A stretch of DNA of 64,000 nt, from assembly GCA_030390025.1 (NCBI GenBank), contig CM059426.1, forward strand, positions 183,644,001-183,708,000, read 5' to 3'. The notes below the pieces were generated by a model. That model did not search any database. It saw only the letters and a list, made by a program, of their open reading frames with translations, and was not told where the DNA came from. Positions 35,101-48,897 of the stretch are shown here, piece after piece. Origin of the DNA: Squalus acanthias. Taxonomy: Eukaryota. Every line of letters starts with the position of its first letter. The stretch's first letter is position 1. The position numbers and the translations under genes are program-made.

Positions 35101-36149
35101 AGCCTGACTAATTGGTTGTGTCTGAATTATATACCAATAGAGGAATCATAATGCCAAACAATATTATGAATTCCAAACAGTCATTGTGTCTGCTGATTCA
35201 TGCCTGGTGTGGGAAAATCCCCTGCTTTTTAAACTCCACCTACACAAACTACGCATCACTCGTTCTCAGAAGAAAAAAATGATTTCTTCCTTCAGCTGCA
35301 CTGGCAAACCTGTTGAGGACAAATTCAATTAGACACTGCTAAAGATGATTCACTTTACATTGAAATACATCATACAAATAATACCTTGTATGATGTAGTC
35401 ATTCCCAGTTACAATACCATTTTAACCTAATTTCATGCACATATCTAACGGGACACATGACTACAGCTAGAGCTTCTCCAAACATTCATGCACTGTCGGT
35501 TAAGCTCTCTCTTCTGTTTTCTAATCCTTCACTACCCTTGTACACTATAATTAAGAATTTCATGTAGTGTGGGTAAATTTGCTACTCCAAATCTTCTTTA
35601 TTATGCATGAAGGTAAAACAGCAAGTGCAATTAATGCTTCGTAACCAAGGTATTAGAAATTCCTTTTCCAAATGGGGAACACAGGTTCTGGTTGTTTTGA
35701 TTTGTAAAGGGTTTATGTAAATGCCAAATAGAGAGGTTAACCTTCAATCTTCATTTTTGTTTTGTATACAGAGTAATCTAGCAGAGTACAGTTTGATGAA
35801 ATACATAACTATAAATTGTTACTATTTGCATCCAATTAGTGCATGCTGTGCATTAAACTAAAACCTCTTTTGCACTGGAGAAATGGTTAAGGACATATTC
35901 GACAACATGCCCACTCTCAATATTTAGTGCTGCATGCGTTTATAACTGCTCATTCAACCCAGATGTCACATTTGACAGATCTCTGGCCTGTAGTACAGCA
36001 CTTTCGGAAACCAGTGGAATTACAACGCTCTTTATTAGGAAAGTGCAACAGCTGGGCCAACTCTACCCCTGCGGTACAGCAAATAAATCTCTGGTAGCAA
36101 AGTTGAACTGGAGAGAGCAAAGTTATTAGAGTTGTCAGCAATATGTTAT

Positions 36150-37017
36150 GGGGAAAAATTCGGTTGGTTTGCGCCTCCCGTTAGCGCCTTAAGAGGGCGC
36201 TAATGGGGCACAAAGCAACTAGCGCCCGGGTGCGGCGATGTTTGCGCCGCTCGCGAAATTGACCAGACATTTTGCGGCGGTGTTAAACACTACCGCCACG
36301 ATCTCCTGCGCCCGCAGATCGTGACGTCAGTCGAGCATGCAACGCCCCGGACCAGATATTGAGTGGCGCCCCATGCCTTTCCACCTGCCGCGAGCAACGA
36401 CAGGTTGAGGGGAGCATTTTGCAGTCGGGAAGGGACTGGGGGAGCGTTATTTAAAGGCGACCAGTTCCTGCCTTTTTTTCCGTTGACATTTTTGCACCAC
36501 GCATTCTGAGTGAGACTTCTGGAGATATTCAACGCTGTGTTGAGGAGTTTTGGGTACTGAGCAGCACTTCGCAGGTTCATTTTGATTTGATCTTCCTTGC
36601 ATCAATTTAGAAGAGACTATGGGGGCTGCACTCTGACATCTTTCCCTGGGCCTCTCCATTGTTCTTTCCAGCAGATTTGATGTACAGGTCTCTCCAGGCT
36701 GAGATTCAAGGCTGCAATGAGCAAGGTGTGGATGGAGAGCAAGATTGACCCTCCCCTTTAAGAACTGGCCAGCGCCAGTGTGTGTGTGTTCCATTGCTGA
36801 CTGGCATCACATGAGCTTCGCCAGCGCTCTGAGGTAGCGCCTCGCTCCTCGGCGTTAGCGCCAAGAGAGGTGCGTAGCGCCTGATTTCGCGCTCCAATCA
36901 CCTCCAGGGGCGATAGAAGCCAAGTTTGCAGTCGGAGGCGATAATTAGCGCCAGGCGCTAAACTTTGCGCCCGGCCGATAATTGCGCCCCAAATGGGGTG
37001 ATACCGAATTTCTCCCC
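36150..37017. mobile_element. CpG-rich non-autonomous DNA transposon (probably Harbinger type) with 15-bp TIRs
   Basis: GGGGAAAAATTCGGT (36150-36164) versus ACCGAATTTCTCCCC (37003-37017), 14/15 match; many (T)AGCGCC subterminal motifs. Confidence 0.75.
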
Positions 37018-37422
37018 CTGTATGTCATACTACGCAAAACTCTGGCTCCAAGTGATTCAACCACGTCTAATGCGTCATGCTTTAGTTTACTTTTGATTTT
37101 CTCCCTGCTATTTCCCTCGTTCCAATCAATTGCAAAAGTGTGTCCCTTTCTTCCTAGCTGTTGTGCACTCAACAGTAAGACGGGTGGCCGATAACAATTC
37201 TAAAGCATTCGCCTTAAAACTATAAATTACTTTCTACAGACTTATTCAGAGCATAAATTTATAGGTCTGCACCATACTAACATCCGTGAAGCAAGTTCAT
37301 TTATTCAATTAAAATCAGCAAACTTTTTAAAACATAAATATTGCATGGAATTTTCTCTAATTCTTCACAAAGTTGTTGACTCATACTAAGATGCAGTTCA
37401 TGGGCAATGGCATCTCTCCATT

Positions 37423-37655
37423 AGAACATAAGAAATAGGAGCAGGAGTAGGCCATTCGGCCCCTCGAGCCAGCTCCGCCATTCAATAAGATCATGGCCGA
37501 TCTGATCTTGGCCTCATCTCCGCTTTCCCGCCTGCTCCCCATAACCCTCGACTCTCCTGTAGCTCAAATATCTGTCTATCTCCGCCTTGAATATATTCAA
37601 TGGCTCTGCCTCCACAGCTGTCTGGGGTAGAGAATTCCAAAGATTCACGACCCTC
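37423..37655 (-). mobile_element. CR1 LINE 3' tail
   Basis: AGAACATAAGAAATAGGAGCAGGAGTAGGCCATTCGGCCCCTCGAG, the reverse complement of the CR1 terminus. Confidence 0.85.
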
Positions 37656-38469
37656 GTTTAGTTAGCCCAAGTTGTCAGTTGCCATGTTGGAGCCCAGAAT
37701 GAGGAACATCAGCAGGTTTTTTGCCTGTGGTGGGCATCACAGCCAAGCCCAATATTGTTCTACAATGAAAAAAACCTTGTCATTCTAAATAGGCAAGTGG
37801 GTAAAGAGAAGGTGTAAAGTTATTAAAGCTGTTGTGACTATTTTGTTTTCCTTAACAATGCATTTAAATTAACAACGCATTCATAAGAGGGAGGTAAATG
37901 AGTAAATAAACCTGGTAAATGGAACAGTATTGTTGAGTTGAGACAATATACAAAGCCTACTTTTTGCTTTGAAGTTACACCTGAACCATATTTCTGCTGC
38001 ATTTCTTGCCATTAGCAAGATTGCAAAATCCCTGAAAGTATGGCCTTAATACCTGTGGACTTGTAGGATAGACAGTCTTCATGAATTTTCTGTGTTTTCT
38101 TACAGTCCAATGGCTGGGAATATCCATACAAGCCAACAAATAGAAAACCTCAACCTGCCTGTGGCCAGAAAAAAAAATTGCAAGCCACACCTCTAGCAAG
38201 ATGAAAAACACAGGTTACAGAGGCATATCGGAAAAAACACTCCTCTACAGACAGTAGTGCCATCTGACTCACATTTCAGACATTACGCCAAAGGTAACAT
38301 TATATTGTAAACATAACATTATTGACACAAGTCAACAGAAACCGAAAGGGGGATCTGGGGCTGCAGTTAAACGAGGTCTTTCAATAGCAGGTGAAAAAAA
38401 ACTACCAATGGGGCACGTGGAATTCAGGGTATTATATGGATAGGTCACTGAATATAAAAGCAAGGAAAA

Positions 38470-38900
38470 GAAAGAGTTGCGTTTATATAGCACCTTTCAT
38501 GACCTCAGGTTGACCCAAAGTGCTTTACAGCCAATGAAGTACTTTGTGAAGTGTAATCACAGTTGCAGTGTAGAAAAGGTAACAGCTCACTGCAAAGTCC
38601 TGCAAACAGCAACAGATAATCTGTTTTAGGTGTTAGTTGAGGGATAAATATTGGCCAGGACACGGAGATGAACTCCCCTGCTCTTCTTCGGATTGTGCTG
38701 TGGGATCTTTTACGTCCACCCAAGAGGGCACACGGGGCCTCGGTTAAACATCTCATATGAAAGACAGCAGCTCCGACAGTGCTGTGCTCCCTCAGTACTG
38801 CACTCGAGTGTCATCCTAGAGTTGACGCTCGTGTCTCTGGAGTGGGTCTTGACACTACAACCTTCTGATTCAGAGGAGAGATGCTACCTCTGAGCCACAG
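38470..38900 (-). mobile_element. DeuSINE/SacSINE1-like SINE
   Basis: Reverse complement of the 26-427 family. Confidence 0.78.
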
Positions 38901-39433
38901 CCACCACTATTAATATGACAGCAATTAATATGCACAAGACATTGATCAGGTTGCAGTTAGAGTATAGTGTGCAGTTTTAGATAGCTGATGGAAACGGAGC
39001 TGCATAGTATCCTAGAATACCAAGGATGAGAGAAACCAGTTATGAGACTTTGAAAAACTTGGCTGTATTCACTGCAGCAGAGAAGGTTAAGGGGGATCTA
39101 AAAGACATATTTAAAATTATGAGGGGGTAAAAAGTGGAAGATTATTTTTACAGGTCAGTGAATTAATAACAGTGACAAACTTGGTTGGTATGATTATTAG
39201 AAGCATAAAGGGGGAAGAAAATCACACAAAGGGTTTTTAAAAAATGAAATACACTACAAGTACATATTCAAGCAGTCAATCTCAATGTTTCAAGAAGGAA
39301 TTAGATAAACATAGAAAATTATTGAAGGATAAGGGAAAATGACAGCAGGTAAACAGGTTTAGAGCAGATTGCTCCAATTGCAGAACTATTACCCCTAAAA
39401 GCATGATGGGCCAAATGGTCAACTTCTGTGATA

Positions 39434-40012
39434 AGAACATAAGAAATAGGAGCAGGAATAGGCCACTTGGCCCCTCGAGCCTGCTCCGCCATTCAATGAG
39501 ATCATGACTGATCTTGGGCTCAAAGCCACTTCCCGGCCTGCTCCCAATAACCCTTCACTCCCTTATCTTGCAAAAATCTGTCTATCTCCACCTTAAATGT
39601 ATTTAATGACCCAGCCTCCACGGCTCTCTGGGGCAGAGAATTCCACAGATTTACAACCCTCAGAGAAGAAATTCCTCCTCATCTCAGTTCTAAAAGGGCG
39701 ACCCTTTATTCTGAAACTGTGCCCCCGAGTTCTAGATTTTCCCACGAGGGGAAACATCCTCTCTGCATCTACCTTGTCGAGCCCCCTCAGTATCTTATAT
39801 GTTTCAATAAGATCACCTCTCATTCTTCTAAATTCCAATGAGTATAGGCCCAAACTGCTCAACCTTTCTTCATAAGTCAACCCCCTCATCTCTGGAATTA
39901 ACCTAGTGAATCGTCTCTGAACTGCCTCCAATGCAAGTATATCCCTCCTTAAATAAGGAGACTAAAACTGTATGCAGTACTCAAGGTGTGGTGTCACAAA
40001 TACCCTGTACAG
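39434..40012 (-). mobile_element. CR1 LINE 3' fragment
   Basis: EAVQRRFTRLIPEMRGLTYEERLSSLGLYSLEFRRMRGDLIETYKIL..SRTRGHS plus the 3' UTR. Confidence 0.92.
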
Positions 40013-40172
40013 TGATGAAATGTCTATGATTAAGAGGCCAATACCTTTCCTCAATACATATAAACACAGGTAGAATGGTACGGAGTGCTATACAAATGAG
40101 GAAAGTTTCAAATTCAATCCTTGGTCTGTGCCGAGTTGGCTAATCTCAGCTGTGGCTCTAGAGGGAACAGGG

Positions 40173-40175
<3 letters not shown>

Positions 40176-40231
<56 letters not shown>
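40176..40231. repeat. (GA)n microsatellite
   Basis: Pure AG dinucleotide run of ~55 nt. Confidence 0.95.
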
Positions 40232-40232
<1 letters not shown>

Positions 40233-40289
40233 CCTGAGCATCCGAGAAAAATTCACTCGGGTTCCAATTATTTGCTATCTGCATTTGGC

Positions 40290-40404
40290 ATCAAGGGGAG
40301 TGGGAATATGGTAGAGATCGAGGATCAGCCATGATCATATTGAATGGCGGAGCAGTCTCGAAGGGCCGAATGGCCTACTCCTGCTCCTATTTTTCTATGT
40401 TTCT
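40290..40404 (+). mobile_element. Short CR1 3' tail
   Basis: GATCAGCCATGATCATATTGAATGGCGGAGCAG..GAATGGCCTACTCCTGCTCCTATTTTTCTATGTTTCTA. Confidence 0.85.
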
Positions 40405-41732
40405 AGTGAGGCCTACTATAAGGATACGATTACGATGATCTCTAATGCTGTGTGGCTCAAACACTGAGCAGTTCGAGTCATGTGTGAAAAATGGCCACTT
40501 GGACACTACACAGCCCAGCAAAAGTTAAAAAAATAATTACTAAGTTAAGAGTGAGGTGGAGAGGCAAGAGAAAGTGAGCGAGCGAGAGAGTTTAAGTGAA
40601 AAGTGTAACGGTGATGTCAGGCGAGGACAGATTTAGACTCACCCTGCTGTGTGAAATAGCTCGCCACCATTCACTGTGGAGGGAGTACCTGGGGGCTGCA
40701 GGCATTTGCGGAAACATATCCCAGCAAGAGTATAAACCTCTGGCAGAGGAGGAGAAAATAATAAAGTTGCATATTTATTTATTTATTTATTTTAAAAGGG
40801 ATAGATAAACCTAGCTGGGCTGAATTGGAAAAAAAAACATAGCTTAGGAAGAAACAAGATTGCCAGCAACAACCACACCCATTGCAGTTCACAAACTCGG
40901 CAATGCTTTTGAGATAGCACAGAAGGCAGGCACTTCCCCATGTGGAAGGGTGGAAAATCACCCAGGTTACGCTTGCACAACTCGTCATGGCTAGTTTTGG
41001 AGCAGTTCATTGGAGGAATGGGAGCAGGTTGCTCATCAGCCTACCCTCTTCACATGGGTATGGTCTGTGGCTCACGGTGTCTTAAAAAAATGGAGGGGAT
41101 AAAATATTAAGACAGACCCTGAATTGACTCTCTTTCTCTCTCCACGGATGCTGCCTGGCCTGCTGAGTTTTTCCAGCGTTTTCTGTTGTTATTCCTGAAT
41201 TGATTATTTTCATTTCCTTAACATTAATTTAAAGAATTTTCATTATTGCCCAAGCAATGATTGGCTATTTGTCAATCTTTGATCAGCGACAGTACATACT
41301 AGGTATAGCCTGAGCACAGTAATAAGTTTGCCAGAATTGTGTATACTGTGATCACTGATTACTTTGGAGAAGTAGGGGAAGTTTGCTTATTTATAACTTG
41401 CTCTGCAACCGATTCGAAATGTGACATTACCTTTTATAAGTAGTTGCTAATGTTAAAAAGATGACTGATGTTCTCGATTAGTCAGTAAGCTGAGCAGTGA
41501 AATAGGAGTTTGGGAATAGATAATACTAGGACCAGGAATTCTGAACAATGAGACAATATGGAGAACAGAGTGAAAGATGATTCTAATCTAACCAATGTAT
41601 CCAATCAAGTAGCTGTTAGCCCGGAGTCAGTTGTAAATTTTCAGTCCATAATTACTTTTCTTCAATCACTATACTACATCTTTTTGATCTGTGAAAACAC
41701 TTATCAATTAGCTAAACATTTATCAATCTCAG

Positions 41733-42150
41733 TGGCACCTGGCTTACTTGGTAGCACTTTCAGAAGACTGAGAGTAAAGCCCCACTCCATGACTTGAGCA
41801 CGTAATCCATGCTGACACTTAAATGCAGTACTCAGGAGCACTGTACTGTTGGAGATGCCAACCGTTGGAAACGGTGTTAAACCGAGGCCTCTGCTGCTTG
41901 CTCAGGAGGCATAAAGATCCCTGGGCACTATTTGAAGAGGAGAAGGCAGTTCTGCCGGTGTCCTCAATCGGCATCACTAAAAACGGATCAACTGGTCAGT
42001 TATCTTATTTAATGTTTGTGGGGCCCTGCTGTACACAAATTGGCTTCCATGTTGCCTACATAATGACAGCAAGTACACTTACTTTAAAAGTAATCAATTG
42101 GTTGTGCAGCACTTTGGGACACCCTGAGGGCCTGAAAAATGTATAAATGC
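41733..42150 (+). mobile_element. DeuSINE/SacSINE1-like SINE
   Basis: Same family core (TAAAGATCCCTGGGCACTATTTGAAGAGGAG). Confidence 0.72.
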
Positions 42151-44899
42151 CTGGTAAACAAGTAGCTTACTCAAACTCATGGATAGCACACTTGATAATC
42201 AAAGGGTTAATGTTAACTTCTAATGCTGTCACCATTCTTTTGGCTGTATAGTCATACAATGTTTGCAATGACCTCATTGCAAAGACTAATTGTAGTAGTG
42301 TGTCCTGACCCATATCAGATCAAGCACTATTTTCTTGTTCTTCCTACACAAATGTTCTCACCACATGACTACTGTTGAAATTATTTTCAGTTACTCTGGG
42401 CTGCTACTATAGCCGTGGGCCCACGTAACCCAGCTGTCAGACTCTAAGACAAAGGCATGGTAATAAAGTGGTAGTATGTGGCTTCAACTGCAGTCTATAT
42501 TCTGAGCACTGAGTATTGAGTCAAAAATTCACCCTTAAGGAATGGCTGGAAGCATGTTAATCAAGTGTACTAATTGCATGTTATGCTCATTTCAGCAAAA
42601 TGTTAAAATTGGAGACAGAATGCAAATGAAAATATACTGGTGACCTAATTTGTTTCTGTGTGCCAGAACAAAGAAACCGGAAGAAAAGGACACCCTGCCC
42701 ATCTGGGCACCCATTTAACCTGCTTCTACTCTCTGCTAAATCAGGAATCTGGTGTTTAAGGCACAAGATCATTTTTTGCTTTGCAGAAAAGATAACAAAC
42801 TTTGATATCTGACAATAGCTTGATTTCAACAACAAAGTTCAGCAGAGAGAATAAAAGCCCAATTTTGTAGCTTATAGAAGCTCTGCCAAAATGTATCATT
42901 TCAGCATGATTCATTACTTCAGCTCACTCTGCAGATAACAATAAACCTCATCAGAAGGCAGCAGCAGCAAGAATAATGGGAGGTATTGGCCCCCTTTCTT
43001 TCTGAAATACTAAAGACACAAAAAGTACAAACATGACCTTGTTTGTCAGTGTCACCCACTGCAAGGAGTGATTAGTGCCATTCACACAAGCACAACTACA
43101 CTTTGTGATAGACAGATATTCAGATTATGTAGAATGGATTCAAAAATGGTTAGCCAAAACCTGCTCGTCTCAGGGTAACTTTTGAACATTTTGACAAACC
43201 AATGCATGTGTGCAAGCAAGAGGTGGGAGAGCAGGTACAAACATACAGGAAACTAGTGAGTACAGTAATTTGGTGCATATCTTTAAAATGGAAATATTTT
43301 CAGAAGCTTTTAGCCAATTTCAGAATTTATTAAACATTACATGTAATTCTTGAGCAACAACGTAACCAGACTAACTGTATGGTTCTCTAGGTCTTAGTAT
43401 ATTTGTATATCTTTATTTTAAAGTTAATAATCACCATCTAAGGTCACAGAACAAAGTTGGCCATTTGAGCGAGGTGCTGAAAGGTCAACACTATTTTGTG
43501 GAACCGTACCACAGGACAAGGTGTCATCTTCAACAGAAGGGAAATAAGGATAGAAAATTGGAAAGGGTAGATAGAGTGAGTGCTTTTAAGCATCTGTGTT
43601 TCAATCATTTCTCAACATGTTTTCAATATATACGCTACTTATTAATGGACACAAAATGATCACAATCTAGAGATAAATGTACTCTAATGTAGTTTACCCA
43701 TCAAACAGAAAGGATCACCTTGGTCTGCACAAAATGAAGCGGCTTTTACACAAGAGTGCAGCTAACGGCAGACAGGCAGCTCCCCCTCCGTTGGCTACAC
43801 TCTATACTGTAAACAACCCTATGCACAGGGAACTAACTGCGTGAAATGAGTGTTTATGACAGCTGCCAGTATCAGTAAAGTAAATGTGAGGAACCAGACC
43901 AGTGCTTTTACTTTCTAGGACCAAAAATTGTAGAGAGTTGGCACAGGAGACGTGGGCATGCAGGAGTCAGCCAGGATACCAGTGACTTCTGCTGCAATAA
44001 TGCTTGTGGTGGGTGAAAACAAGATAAGCCTCGGGTGTGATGCTCTTTCATAGCTGAATAGTCTGTCACCACTCGTATCTCGGCTCATACAGGCATTCAC
44101 ACTGGTCTGTCAGCATAATAATTATAATATACCTTATTCACAGATATTTGCTGGATGAATCTGTGAAAAGGCCTCACAAGAAGCGCCTGTGTTACATTCA
44201 GTGGTCTATTGCTAAACATACCGGTTTGGGCGCAACAGGCTGAGGGAGTCTCACTATGCCATATATTGTTGCAGACTGGAGTCTATAACTAGCAGGAAAA
44301 CAGTGAGTGAGCGCTACAGCCAGCTACACACATTTCACACTGCTGGAACTTACAATATGCTACAGCAAATAGCCTGTCTCCACAAGTGCTAATAATTTCC
44401 TAGGAAATCAACATAAAATGCAGATTTCATAGACTTCATAATAACACAGACACTTGAATACAATTCTAATCAATTAATTTGGTATTTTATTCAGCTGTTT
44501 AAGAAAATTCAAAGCTGTTAATGAGACTACAACACACAATTGGATGCTGGTTGGGAGAATTAATATACCAAGACAGATGATTGTTGGTAAGCCAATGGCT
44601 TTTCTCATCCTGGACGTCTCTATACCAAGTGCAAAGGAGGAGCATTTACAGTCAACAAACTCCTTTCCACCCATTAGACATTACACAAAGTTTCACAAAA
44701 GCAATATTAGCTGGAAGGAATACTGAAATTGATTATTGTTAAAACATGGAGCGGTCTCCTCCTGATAATTCATAAAACAGAATCACTGTCAAGAGTTACT
44801 CTTCCTCCCAAGCAACCTCAGGACACATAACCGGTCATGCATGCTTTGCTTATATAACTATTTATCCTTTTTTCCATCCCCTTCACTCTGTTGAAGGAA

Positions 44900-45340
44900 G
44901 GAACTTGGATGTCACATCCTCAGAATGCCCCAAAGCCCTTCATAGCCAATTAAGTACTTTTGAAATGTAGTCACAGTTTAAATGTAGGGACCACAGCAGT
45001 CAATTTTCTCACAGCACGTTCCCACAAACAGCAATGAGATAAACGACCAGATAATCTGTTGTTCTTGGTGGTGGTGGTGAAGGGATAAATTCTGGCCAGG
45101 ACACTGGGAGAATTCCCCAGCTCCTCTTCTTTAACACAAGAGTGCAGCTAACTGTACACATTAAGGATTTTTACATCCAACTGGTTTAACGTCTCATCTG
45201 ACAGATGGCACCTCCGACAGTGGTGCACCTCCTCAGTATTGCAATGACGTTTCAGCCTAGATTACGTGCTCAAATCTTTTGAATGGCTTGAACCCATGAG
45301 CTTCTGACTAAAGAGGCAAGCGTGCAATGACTGAGCTAAG
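44900..45340 (-). mobile_element. DeuSINE/SacSINE1-like SINE
   Basis: Reverse complement of the family head and core. Confidence 0.72.
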
Positions 45341-47836
45341 GCTAGGCAGGATATATGGGCTGGTTGCTGGCAGGTGCACTGAAGTGTTACAGGATAAGTC
45401 ACCCATGCATCACAATTAAGTCTTCATTGCAAGATGGCACTCCAAGATTGGACATGTGTACAATGTCACAAGCCTCAACCTGAATGCTACCACTAGAGTT
45501 AGCAGCTGTAATTAGACTAGGAAGCATAAAGTTTTCAAATTCAAATTGAATCCTTTTGATTTATTGCAATCTGGGAAAGAAAGTTATTAACTACTCTATA
45601 TTAGCAGAAATTAATGATTCTACACAAATCCACACAGGCAACATTCTCAAATATAGACACATCGGCAGCACTTGTGATACTCCAAATATAACAAGACTGC
45701 ATCAGAAAGTCAAATCATTAGCGAGTGCCTGCCACTGGAAAACTTTGGCTAACTGTGCACGTATGGTACAGTAGAATTTTGTTCTGTGTGCAACAGGGTG
45801 ACCAATCCCAGACAGACCTTCACACTGATGCACCTCCGCACGTTCCTGTATAACAATCGGGAGCAATCTCCATAGACAAATTTCCCCTCCCTAACCCATC
45901 TACTGAGCAAGTGCAGGTTGGGTCAATGCTCAATTAACAGTACAGAAATACAGGTAGCACACTAAAATGAATCCATTTTCCCCCATCTATACACGACAAT
46001 CTCCAAGTCCCACACAGCTACACTTATATTGAACACTAACCCTCACTGGACTAGATTTGCTGCCAATGGAGAATGAACAGGCATAATTCTAGCTCATTGT
46101 GCACCTGCCTCCAGACTCCAGCTTTGATGCCTTGCTGCTAGAGATTACTTAAAGAGCCAGGAGTAAACATGATATAATGCAAGCAGTTCTACATGACTTT
46201 TCTGATCCATGGAAGTCATGCGTTTCCACTGCCCTCGCCAACCGCTTCCCCCCCCCCCACCCTTACATCTGAAATTCACCCAATATAATCATTTGGCCTA
46301 CGTTCTTGCTGAGTCTTTCAGTGCCCTTCCTACTTCATTGCACTACTCGTGGGTATTTTATGAGTGTACTAAATGAGAATCTGGTCACTGCTTGTTTTAG
46401 ACAGAGCCGAGGCTGTAGGGGGAAAGAGAAGTACAACCTTTTGCTATGATATTCAAGGGGGTCCAAAGGCACTCAACAATTCTAGCTTCAAAGAGAGTTA
46501 ACACTTTTTACTCCTCTTCATTGATGTCTCGTCTTCTGAAATATGTCCACCATGCTGTGGTACAGCCAAAGATGGGTCTCAAGTGCCTCATCCTTTTTCG
46601 TGGGCCTGGACAGTGAATATCAGTAGGGTATTCAACTGTAGGAGGCATTGCAGATGAGCCCAAACCTGCCCTTAACAGACATCCACACAAGTGTATCTGT
46701 TACAGGGGTCCAAGGATAGCAATTAAGAGCTATCTCCTTGGACAAATTATTTTCTTCCTAGAGAGACGCAAGGCCAAATTCAGCACCCCAACTGAGATTA
46801 ACACAGTCCAAGGATTGAATTTTGGGCCTTCCCGGTCTGTCTGTATCAATACCAGCCCACACACTATTTATCCCACTAAAGATACTGCACAGAAACAGGA
46901 AATTCCCTCTTGGGGCCAAATGATTTCTTCTTGGTTTCTCGCAAGATGCTTTGAGTCAGTTTACTTGATTGATTTTCAGGAGGAGATGTTTTTGATTTGT
47001 GAAAGTATAGGAATGCACCTGTGATGAGCAAATAATCTCTTTAGTACTTGTCCTATCTTGGCTGAGCTGTAACAAAGCACCTTCACTTAGAGAACCATCA
47101 CTGAGAAAATTTGACATTTTCCATGTCCCACAACAGATATCCTTACAACTTCCCTAAACTGTGAGCAGCTTTCTGGTGTGGACTCGCACCCATTAGAGTG
47201 GGTTCAGACTGTTCATACTCACTTCAATTAAGACCCTTAGTGCTAGAGAGCCAAGACTTTAATCTCAACAGTCGAGCTGGATCAAAAACCCAGGTCTCAA
47301 ATGAAAAAGACAGCTTGCTCACCCCATCGTTCCTGTAGACAACCCAGTTGTAAGAAGAGATTTCAATGTACGACCACGTCACAGAATAAGTGGGCCCAGT
47401 GGACTCGGAGCGAGAGCTTAAAATGCTAAATTTGACATTTTCTAATCCCTTTACTGACATTTTCTATAATGCAATCGATAGCTCATCAAGTCACCTTCAA
47501 AACTTTAAAAGCCCAGAAGCCACGGGTGCCCGGCTTACCACACCACTAATGATGGGAAATGCATTGTATGGTGTATTTCGTCATTTGCATGGTGCTCCAA
47601 TACACCCACCCATTTATGTGCTGGCTGATGTGCCTTCCACCCCACTTAAGCCACAACTTCCTCAGCTTAATTAGATCCCACCCCTGCCTGTCCAGATACT
47701 GCTTCTTTTATAGCCACAAGGTTATGGAATTTTCAAGATGAGCTCTCTTCATTCTAATTATGGACCAAACTGCATAAACATAACACCAATTTCATGCTAT
47801 CAAAAGCAACACTTACTGGAAATAGGAAACACTTAC

Positions 47837-48131
47837 CTTCATCAGTAGGATTGAACCCACAGATATCACAGATGCATCGAACCCACTTATTCATTTCTTC
47901 TTCAGTGTCTGCTACCAGGTAGAAGATACGGTCAATTGTTTTGATATCAAAAATGTAACTGTTCTCAAGATCCTTCTTATTAAAGGTTAGCCCAGCATCC
48001 ACTTGCGCACAAAGATTCAAGTCAATGACACGGATCGGTTTCTTTGCATGATCATTTTTGTAGTATTCCAACACATCCGGATCTCCTGTCAGACGGCCAC
48101 TTCGAAGTACAAACCAGCGCTTCTTCCATGC
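47837..48131 (-). CDS. GAB1: GAB1 coding exon (equivalent to human exon 2), PH domain
   Basis: Encodes [98 protein letters not shown], the GAB1 PH domain. Acceptor ttttcag| at 48132 and donor |gtaagt at 47836; 295 nt, ends in phase 1. Confidence 0.97.
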
Positions 48132-48897
48132 CTGAAAATAAACCAAGAAGAAAATTTCTTTAAAGTGTCATACAATTTTCTAAAGTGGAACTAATGTGTT
48201 TAATACTGTATAGTGCTTTAATAAAACCCACAGTATTTAGACATAAAAGGGGAGAGTGGAAGAGGAGACAAGGTCACTTATACAGCATCAGTAAATTTAC
48301 TTTGGTCACTTATCTCCTACATGTAGGAATATTTACAACTGCTTTGTGGTTTTTGCAGCTGCAGTGAAAGTATAATTGGTCCCCCCCTGAATGAAGGGTC
48401 GCAGGGGATATCATTTTGCTTGGGATGCACCTCAAGCTCCAAGCTGTCCACCTTCTACTTGATTCACCGTTCCTGAAACACATACAACAAAGAACGTGCT
48501 GAAAGAGTAAAGGGAGACAAACAGTTGGAGTAAGGGTGACATTAAATTTTCCCCCTCCAATCTTCTTCCCTTTACTCCCTCTCCCCTGAAGAATGCGCAC
48601 TTGGGCAATATAGGGACGGTCACTACTGCACGTCGAACCATATTCTACCACGCTGCAAGATGCAAATGTGGAAAGTGAGCTTCAGAGAGCTATTTAATTG
48701 TGGATACCATCACGGTGATGCCCAACCATAGCTTCACTCAGCATGCACATGTAGATTTCCAGCAGGAGATGTTGGTTAGTAATCAGGAGTAGGAATCATG
48801 GACAATTTTCCTCTCCCTAACCAACGACACTGATGTATATTGTTCCAACCTCTTCTTGCATCGAGGGTACAGAGAGATGGAGAGAGAGAAAAAGGTA

